Shown here in pieces: positions 48,401-58,900 of a stretch of 64,000 nucleotides of DNA. The stretch is from Tubiluchus corallicola (taxonomy: Eukaryota; Animalia; Priapulida): assembly GCA_030141605.1 (NCBI GenBank), contig JAQGDQ010000007.1:355414-419413 (forward strand). Direction: 5' to 3'. The notes beneath the pieces were generated by a model. That model was not told where the DNA came from. It searched no databases and was given only the letters and a program-made list of their open reading frames with translations. Numbering within the stretch: position 1 is the stretch's first letter; each line of letters begins with the position of its first letter. A program made the translations under genes and the position numbers.

Positions 48401-51400
48401 GGGCACACCACCAACCAAAATGACACAAAATGACACTCTAACACAGTACATATGATGCATATAGTTAATAATATAGTTTCTAAATGTATTTCTACTCACT
48501 TAGTGTGAAACCTGGGCCTGTTTCGATGAACACAAAAGGGATATCCTGGCAGGAATGGTAGAAAGACACACACGAAGCTCTTCCTCAACTGCTCTCAGTC
48601 TCTCTCTGTTTTTAGTTTTTATCGCAGTCAAGCTTGAGAAGCTCAGCTCACATAGATATGTGGTTGAAAACGGGAGCAATGTCAAAATAGCTTTGTTGGC
48701 CAGAATGGGGAACTCCTTGGCAACAGATAACCAAAAACGGTCCAAAGGAAGATCAGTAAAGTTTAGCTTTAAACCACGATCTTGTTTCAGTTCAATGAGT
48801 TCCTCTTGCTCCTTTAAAGTCATGTCCTTTCCAGCAACGGATACTGAGCTGTATGGGTCCCTAACCCAGTCAAGGCATTCTGTGAAGGCTGAAGAGAAAT
48901 AAAATGACAACTTCTCCTCAAGAGTTTTCAAATGTGTGGCAATCACCTCGCACATTGCAGCAGTGTTGCCATCATGCAGTTTCTCGGTGAGCGGGAACAT
49001 CTCAAGGTTGCCACGCTGCACATGTTGTTGCCAGAGCTGCACCTTTAAACGGAATCCGTTCATCTGGGTTTCTTTCTTTGACCCTACTTACGAAGCCTTT
49101 GGTGCGCCCGACCATGGCTGCGGCTCCATCAGTGCAGACACCTATGCAGTTTTCCCATGTAAGCCCGCTTTTGTCAAGATCTTCCGACGTGACCCGAAAT
49201 ATTTCCTCTCCTGTTGATTTTTCTGGCAGTGCTTTGCAAAGTAGGAAGTTTTCTCTAATGGCTTCTCCATCCACAAAACGCACGTTGGCCAAGAGCTGAC
49301 AATGTCCACTAATATCCGTCGACTCATCAAGTTGCAAGGCAAATTTCTTACTGATGCGCATCTTTTCCAAAACAACAGTTTCAATGTCCGCAGACATGTC
49401 ATCAATACGTCTGGCAATTGTGTTATCTGAGAGAGGCACTTTAGCTATCTCTTTGGCCGCGTCAGGGACAAGCATCTCATTTACAATGTCTTTGCAAGCT
49501 GGCAGTATTAAAGTTTCTGCCACAGTGTGGGACTTTTTTGATTTAGCTACGAGTTCAGCAACAAGGTAGCTAGCTTTGAGGGCTCTCTCGTTTACCTTTG
49601 TGGTTTTTCTCAAAAAAGTTGCCTGTTTCTCATTATTTGTACGTAAGCGTACAAAATACTCCATCGGCTTGTTTTGAACGGAAGGGTGCTTCGTTTGGAG
49701 ATGGCGTTTAAGCTTGCTTGGCACCATAGCGCCATTGGATAGCTTCTCACCATGGCGCTATTGGATAGCTTCTCACCACACACCAAGCACAGCGGAGTCG
49801 GTGCTGCAGCATCCCCGGTAAAAGTAAATCCAAATGAAAGATAGCTTTCGCTGTATTGCCTCGAGCTCACCGTCTTGTCTTTTTTCTTTTGTCGACCACT
49901 CATACTAGGGCCTTCATCTGGGTCAGAATTTTGTCCAGAGCCCTGTTCGGCATTTGCATTTTCCCTTCTCAAAAACTTCTCCATCACTGTCACTTGCTCG
50001 TCTTGCTGAGATCCCAAACTGTCACTGTCACTGTCACGTGTCACGCAGCGATACTTCTCTTGTTTATCATTCAATCAAATCTACAGACACATGCGTGTTG
50101 AAACAATAGGCGGTCACGTGACCATTCTGACTGATGCGTCAGCACAGAAAGTGGTGAAATCTTGAAGTCTCACGTGGCAGGCCAGTCACATAATCGTTCA
50201 CGTCTCCTGCCTCCAAATTGTGGAATTCTTTGGCCCTACAATTACGCCTGATCAAGTCGATTGATAGTTCTAAAGAAGCCTGAAAACTTACTATATAAAT
50301 GAAGCCGTCTGTGGTTGATTGCCCGCAACACATTTACATTTGTATATATAGCAAACCTAAACTATGGTATATCTAAACCAGTTATGTGCTCAAAGTAAAC
50401 TGTATACGAATTTACTAAGCAAACATACAACAGCGATAATTCTCTTGTTTATCATTCAATCCCGCAGTGTTTTGAGAGTCAAGTTAGTATATTTGTAATG
50501 ATGCTGTACATAAACACTAACTCTATTGACTTTACAGGCATTTATCGCTCTCTGCTGCCACCCACTGAAATAGAAGAGTATTACATTATCGGCCACACTT
50601 TATTACAGCACAGACACCCGACAATGGTTAATTAGGTGATATTAGATAATTTCCCATGGCACACCTGATGATCTCTCACGGCACATCAGTGTGCCGTGGC
50701 ACACTGGTTGAAAAACACTGCTTTATAGTACTGGTGCATAGCACTAATGGATCACAGTCAGTTTCATCAGTAGTGTTAAAGCGGAAAACGCAATACTTAG
50801 CACATTGTAATATTATTTTGTTTGCATCACAATAGTTTTCAACAGATTGTAACTTTTGTATCAACTTGACCGTTGATGCAGCAATAAAACAATGTCATCA
50901 GCATGATTTAAGTTGTGAATTATATGGATTGTAAAGAATTTCACCAAACCTGTATCTTGCTGGTCATGAGACCATGACCACTCACCTGTATATATCTGTT
51001 TTTACCTGGGCAAGCTAGTTGGTTTGTGGACGTTAACAGGCTTCTTTAGTTTAATAATGATAAAAGTAGTTTCACAATATAATAGTGCTACATTTTGTCA
51101 TATATATTGCTAAATAATGTATTTGTTTTATTGCGACATACGATGTAAGTAAATACATCATTTGTGTATTATTTCAGATCCTATAAACTGATAATCATAC
51201 ACACTTTAGTTTAATTAATGTATATCTTATTAACTTGACAGAATATAATATAAATTAGCAAATTACTGAACCAGATTCATTTACAACTAGATCTTGTGTT
51301 CTGTAAATTTGGAACTGAGAAATTAACAATGTCAAAGAATTCCAATTATTATAGATGTTAAGAAGTTTATTAGATTCATTGAGCACAGTTAATTTGATAT

Positions 51401-54400
51401 TTTAACTTCATGTAAAGTGGATTAACTTGTAATTATACTGATTGCAGCCTTTCAGTATAAAATGGCTTTTTATTTTTTAATAGACAATATATTTTAATAT
51501 ATTTAAACACTACAAAGCTGAGGAGAATATGGTAGTTGTTAATTGTAGTACATTGATCTAATGTATTGCAAAATAACACTGTCAGGTCATTTATTTACAT
51601 GACAAACAACGATGGGAAGCTTGGAGCACCCTGTTGAATCCCAGCATTTGACACAAACAGGTCTAATGCTATATTATGGAAAAAGACAATATTTTCTGTA
51701 TACATAGCGATTAATGCACTTAAGAATGTTGCAGAAATTCCACGTTTAGTAAGTTTGATAAACAATATTCGCCTCATAACAAATATAGTAATTTTAGCTC
51801 ACCTAACCAGTGTAATTAAGAATCATAATTTTAATTCATCTTCTGCACAGCTGCAACTGGCTTGAAGGGCAGGTTCCTCATAACATGGCTTAAACCATAA
51901 CTTAAATCTTTCACGCATGATTGTACAGTGGTATTCGCATAATAAATCCAAATGCTATTGCTGATTCAGGGCTCTGATAAGTCCATGGATAATGAATGCA
52001 GCCGTTTATTGTGACCACTTTTGTTGGAATGGAATGGCGTAATACTTTGTCTGAGAAAATATGTCGGATTAACATCAGCTTCACCTTGAATAATTTTTGC
52101 ATTATGCTTCATCAAAAGTTTAAACATACACCAGTCAAAATACTAGGCTTGTACCTTATACATATTTGGTGTGTGTTAATATCCTAATAAGCTTTAAAAC
52201 CATCGTTAAAATTTGATTAACTTAAGCCCTAATTGTCGTTATTACTGGAAAGTGATCAGACGGGTTTGCTCCACCTCTGCATCTGTAAAAAGTCTATTGT
52301 CTGTTTATTAACTACAGTATTAAATCAACCTGAGATTTTTGCACCTCTTTGAATAGTGAAGTTGCCCTCATAGTATATGGCTCTATAATGCACATGATTG
52401 ACTTTATCTAAGTGAAGTGACCCCAGTAATGATGATGTACCATGGGAATTTACCTTTTGATATACATTGTTTGATGCAAAATTTCTTGTGAGAGTTTGTT
52501 GCTTCTTACTGAACGCACTCTTGCATTGAAATCACCTCCCAGTATTATGGAAATATTGTTATGCTCCTTGATGAATGCTATCATGTTAGCGAGCATTCGG
52601 AGGCTTGCATTTTCTTTGTCTTTGTAGTCTACTAACCAAAGACTGTAGTTAGCCAAACAGCAGTTAAAAGTTTTTGTTTTTAATTAATATGTTTTGAGAA
52701 ATATGATGGTGCCGATTTTAGTCGTTTAGGCAACAATTAAGTTATATATTTGCATACAAGATGCTCAAATTTTCCCATTTTTACTGGAAATAGTAATATT
52801 TTATTTATTTTCCAGGTTACCATGCTTGGTACCGTGGCTGTTACATTTATTACGACTCAGATATATATTACCCCTACTCAGAAAATATGCCAAGGACAGA
52901 TACACCTGCAGTGTACTGTATAAAGATGTGTTCTGATGCTGGTTATCTTTACAGCGGCGTGCATGGAAATTATACTGGCGGGGTCAGACCTATGTGCCTG
53001 TGCTCAAACGGTTTTCCGTATAGAAATCGTTCTGTGAGTTGCCAGTTTGCTTGTGATACAAACAATACAGAATGCTTTGGTACAGATTCGGTTGCAGGTT
53101 TTTCTACTGATAGTAAGTGAATGAGCCTTTTTCTATAACATCTACTTTTGACTGACAAAAATTTTAAACTTGGCGGTCCCTTCTGTACGGCCTCAGTACC
53201 TGTTTTGTATAATTAGTCTGTGCGTGAATAATTTTGAAACCAACTTTCAATGTGCATTATTAAAATTAGACTGTGTTAAACTAATTTTTCACGCAGACTA
53301 ATTTCACAGAATTTTTTTCATTCCAGTATAGAGTTTATTTTCAATGACATTCAAGTGGCAGGAACAATGATTTGCTCTTCAGTCACAGTCTTCTTCAGCA
53401 GACTCAAACTCAGAGCTAGAAGTTTCTTCATCAACTAGTTTGCTATTGAACATTTCTCGGGTACCTTTGCTTTATTTTCCTGCAACACCAGGCACAGTTG
53501 CATTGTATCCCATTTGCTGTCTCCATCCAGTGCCAGGCCAAGGCAGGGCTTATGAATATCATTGCCTTATTAGCAAAAGTCTGTTGGGATGCCATATTGT
53601 AGTGTTTTACACTTACTCACCTCCCCTTGCTTTAATTGTTCTGAGGAAGAACAGCTATTTTACCTTTGACAATGGTAAATTCGCTAATAAACACCCTAAA
53701 AATGGAATCAGCGACAATTCTAATAATTACGTGCACTTGCATGAACAGCGTCAGTACGCCGCCATCTTTGTTTACATGTGGAGCGAGACAACAAACCAAT
53801 ATACCCCAAAATTAAATTAAATATTTTAAATAATTACATTATATCTTTGATAACACTAAAATGAAACATGTAAAGTGTTGAAATAATTTTAGAATACATT
53901 TATTATGTAAAATTAATATTATAATCACTTATCAACAAAATATACATTGCATCATAGCTGGCAATCCGTTGCCAGGACGCCAGGTACACAAACTCTACAG
54001 ATGTCATGTCACGAAGAGCAGATAAGCCTCCTATAAAAAGAGGAGTTTTAGGAGCAAACGACTGGACTGCTGAATAAGCAGCCACTGTTGAATAAGCAGC
54101 CCTGCTGAATAAGCAGCCCTGCTGAATAAGCAGCCCTGCTGAATAAGCAGCCCTGCTGAATAAGCAGCCCCTGCTGAATAAGCAGCCACTGCTGAATAAG
54201 CAGCCTTGCTGAATAAGCAACCACTGCTGAATAAGCAGCCCTGCTGGATAAGCAGGAGGACTGAGCAGCTGTCATTACTACCTGAACAAGGTAAGTGCTA
54301 TTTACTAAGTCCAGTGCAGAAAATGCACAGGCTTTAGTAAGTAAGGTGCAGCATATGGACAGGACCAGTGTAGAAATACACAACATTTAACTCTGTCAGG

Positions 54401-55876
54401 TAACCCTGCCAGGAGAGTCTCTGGCTTGGATAAAGCTAGTCATAGACCTGCTTCCATAGTCATTGATACTGAACAAGTATAGTGCCGTACTGAATAAGTA
54501 TAGTTATGCTGTTCTCTACTAGTGGAGCAATGTTGTGTAGGCAGCAGGTTGGCATGTAAATGGAAGGCTCTCCTGTCTTGAGTTGGTTGCACAGTGTTAA
54601 ACTCTAGGAGACCAGGGCAAGTGCACCAGAGAGACCATAGATACCTGTAGCGTATTATGCTCATACATGAACTGAAATGTTCTGGCTAGATTCTTATTTG
54701 ATGCAAAATATAAAATTAAACATTTAACTTTGACTTTGCTTTTGAATTATTCTGGTTGTGCTTTATGACAATACACCTTCACATGAACAAACACACTGTC
54801 TCACTATAACTTGCTAAAAATTAGCTTAATTGTACACATGGATCCACAATTGTACATTATTGTTGGTCTTCAAGACTAACAAATGTGAGTGTGTGCCACC
54901 ATACCCCTAGACAAGCATACGTAACACCACCATACACCAAGTGCGCCACACTACAATATTATCCTTTGTTTCATGTGCTCAAGATCTGCCCTGTTCAGTG
55001 CAATGCAGACTATTTTCGAAACACAGACTAATTAAATACCGAAAAAACACAAAAAAGTGCACTTTAAAATGAGTCTGTGTAAGATAATTGTTTAATTTGT
55101 ATATTTAGTTTCTTGTGTGTCATAACGGTCAATCTGCTATCGAGTAAACCCATATTCCAGATTTCAGAATTTAGATATTTAAATTTTTACTGATTAGTTA
55201 AGATTAAAAACCAATGTTGTTAATGTTTTTAGATTACATTGAACTTGGCATTGGCATCACGGGTTGTTGGGAAAATAAAGATCCAGATGCTGCAGGCATC
55301 CATCAGGGTGAATCTGACATGCCATATAAAACTTACTTCATAAATTTGACGCCAGAAAGATGCATTTCGCACTGTTTGGACTTTAACTATGCATATGCAG
55401 GCCTACAGGGTGGCACTTATTGTTTTTGTGGAAAAAAGTATGGACGATATGGACCTGCCAGGAATCCATGTAACCTGAAATGTGGCAGCGAAAGTGAGCT
55501 GTGCAATTTGAGTAACAAATCTTGTATAACTTGTGGTGGCGAATGGGCAATGACAGTTGTACAAACTTCAGGTGAGTATTTATACCACATTTCTTTGGTT
55601 TAGTAGTTGATAGTGGTTATTACCTGTCATTTTCACTATTAGAGAAGATGAGAGTCATATTCTCATATAAAACAGAACTTTGTGCCCATGCTTTTACAAC
55701 ACTTTATTGTGTTTGCATTATTCAAGAGAAATCTTAAAGGCAAAGAGGCTGAGACTTATTTATTTTGAGATAATACACAAAATTAAATTAAACAGCTTCA
55801 CAATATTATTGTACTATGTATTTTTAAGCACATGCTTTGCACTGAAGTCTACAGGGATGACAGAAAGATAGGTAGT

Positions 55877-55957
<81 letters not shown>

Positions 55958-58900
55958 AGGGAGGGAGGGAGGGAGAGGGGGAGAGAGACAGAGAGAGGAG
56001 AGAGAAAGAAAGAGAGAGACTTGATTTTTTATGTGCACTGCATTTGTTTTTTATACTTGTCTGTTGATTTCTTTTTAAACAGCAATATATTTGCAAGTTA
56101 CTTGTTACTTCTTAGACTATCTTCCTGGCGAGCCTCTAGGTAGTAGTTGTTACAAAGCAGCATCAAGTATCATCTTGCAAGATCACTTTGAGTCATTTGG
56201 CATGTCTCCCAGGATGTGCATATATCACTGCTATGAAATAGGTACTGCTATGATATTTGCATATAAACTTAGGCTACAGTTAGCTTCTTATGGCAAAGTT
56301 TAATTTTTTCACATTTTCTTCGTTTCAGTTGAAATTTGTTTAAATTTTTAGCAATTATGAATTTAATTCATTAATAACCAATAAACTGAAATTATGAATA
56401 ATTAATTAATTACACATTTTTCTGGTTTTGAAATAATTACAAAGAAAAATTTAACAAGTTAATAAGTATTCTAAAGTGAGTAATCTAACAACTGGTGATG
56501 CTGGCACGTAATATTAAATTTAAACCTTTCATGGTCACAAGGGTCTGTGCAGCCTAATGTTGGACGTAATATCTAAAGGTTTTTTTCCTCAAATGTAGGC
56601 TTTGTCCTGACTTTTTCTCATTTCCTTCGTTTCATGTAAATTTCGTTTCAGAAATGTAATAATTGCATTCTCCTTTTGTTGTTGATGTTAAACGTGCTGG
56701 TACCAATGTGTTGTGAATTGATTTGGTATTTTTCCACTGGTAGCAGCACCATCTACAATTCCACTTCTGCCTCTCAAAATGTTGCAATGCAATGCATGAT
56801 AACTAGTTCAAACCATTGTAGGGCATCAGTTTGCGGTATTGGAGGGACCCACTACGTGCAAATGTGCAAATAACACTTATTTCGTCGATGAAGTCGATGA
56901 AAAGTTCTGTGATGCAGCGTGCGGTGAAGTCTGGTTTGCTAGATCGCATTTCAGTTTCTGTGGTGGAAAGAACCACACTAGCGTGTATAGGCTTTTCATT
57001 GGTAAGCAGTATATTTTAAAACTACCGGTACAGTTGTTGTGGTACTGCAATAAGTAAATGTGTTTGCTAATTGCTAGGTAAACAGCCTCTCAGATTTGCT
57101 CTAATCTGGAATGAAAGAATTCTATTTAGTTTCATTCAAATATCTACTAAAACTGTTTCACTTAGAATATATCCTTATGCTGGCCACTACTTAAGCTTGA
57201 TGGTCTAGAAGAGTGTGCTCTATGAAAGTCATAATATAATAAATATATACATCTATGTAATTATACATAATCACCCACAAGAACAGCATATGCGAATTTA
57301 ATCAAGCAGCTGTCTGGAAGCTATGGATATGTGGTACCACCGTTTTCTTAACATAAGGATGCCCTTGCACCCAGAAGATCTCACGGAAGAAATGTTGTAG
57401 ATTATTATTGTGATGATCATATCATTGATTACTTTTGAACTTGTAGATGATATAAATAGGGTTTTATATACTTTGTTATAAATAAGTTTTTATATACTTT
57501 GTTGGTAAATCAAACTAACTACTGTACATAGAATACTTTCTCCTAAACCAATCTTTTTCAATCTTGTGGTGTTTTTTCTGGTGGTAGTGTTTCTCTTTTC
57601 TTGTGCTTTTTCCGAAAACTGCAACTGCTTATTACCTTAGGTACATATGTGCTTTCTTTGTTTGGAGAAAGGTACGCTACCCCCAGATCCACAGCTTCCC
57701 GATAGCTTCTTGTTCAAGTTTGCACATGCTTTTTTGCAGATGATTTTTACAAGTTTAATTATTATTATGATGGCTCTATAGATTGTTGTGATTGTTTTAT
57801 AGATTGTTGTGATGATTATAATGATTTTAAGTGCATGCTTTATTTTAGCTTGCTGCAAATAAATTGTTTAATATGTTTGTTACAACAGGTTTGGTTCTAT
57901 AATATAAAGTTTGTTGTTGAGTATCTGTTTTTCATTTGTATCAACTTAGTCATTTCATGTTGTGTGTAGTATTTTATGTTTCATATTTTTGCTCTTATTT
58001 TTGCCTTGTTAATTGCAGCCTGGAAAGGAACTCGTCATGACTACAGAGGTTGCTGGCTATTTCCACCTTCCACGAGCTTTACAGTAACTCTGAGTTCAAA
58101 TACACCCTTTGAATGCCTGTATCTATGCAAATGGCAAGGTTATAGCAGCGGTACCACATATCCTTTTATAATTCAAGAATGGAAGAATCAGCAGCATTTT
58201 TGCCACTGCGATACTTATGGTACAGGAAAAGCCCTTGAAAGTGCAGAGTTTTCCTGCCAAAGTTGCCAAGCTTCAGAAGGTGGTGTGTGTGGCAGCACGG
58301 GTCTTGCGGTGTACGCCACAAAATGTATGTTGGTAAATGAATGTTTCTTTAGTATACTAATCTTGTATCTTATTTGTATACATTGTTCTATACGTTTTTT
58401 AATTTTGCAATTGTTCCAGTTTGGATTCTTTCATCTTGACTAGGCACTTCCGTCTTCCATTTAAAGGTTTCCTTTTCAGTAGTTGGCACAATAAGATTGG
58501 CTTTAATACTTCTGCTGAATTTTACTAAAGTAACAAATTTATTTTTATTTTAATGCTTTCTGATATTAAATTACATATTTAGATTTAGTGGTACCGATGT
58601 GTTACTGTGTATTTTGAATGTTGCCAATTTTCATTGAGCATCTTGAATTCTTCGTAAATCTTCCTAGAGCATTAGCATTTTTCCTATTGACATTTTTCCA
58701 TATCAACTGAAAAAGCCATTGTGTTATATGTAATCACTTATATGGCTATACTATATTTTGAGTTTATTTCATATTCACATAGGTAAAATATGTTCGACTT
58801 GTTTTTTAATTGTTTTTAACTTATCTTAAAAATAAGATAGTGCTTTTCTGAGACTTGTCAGGTCATAATCATGAAGAAGACAAAGTGCCCATTAAATCTC

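Larger units (their letters stand above)
48100..52660 (-). mobile_element. Highly degenerate non-LTR retrotransposon ORF2 fragments interrupted by the hAT element
   Basis: [11 protein letters not shown] (endonuclease, about 52530); FLSALIAMY...[10 protein letters not shown] (51595-51777); HADDIVL and [15 protein letters not shown] (50730-50905); frame continues left of the hAT element as [17 protein letters not shown]. Confidence 0.7.

Noticed and set aside
54067-54255. CRISPR-like array of palindromic repeats
   Set aside because: Repeats are head-to-tail with no unique spacers, there are no cas genes, and the context is a eukaryotic intron
54002-54770. Solo LTR bounded by TGTCAT...ATGACA
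   Set aside because: Flanks give no matching 4-6-bp TSD, and the TATA box would sit implausibly close to the 5' end
53207-55039. 1.8-kb element bounded by inverted AATTAGTCTGTG/CACAGACTAATT motifs
   Set aside because: The motif occurs in both orientations at each end and no TSD was found; more likely two separate MITE remnants
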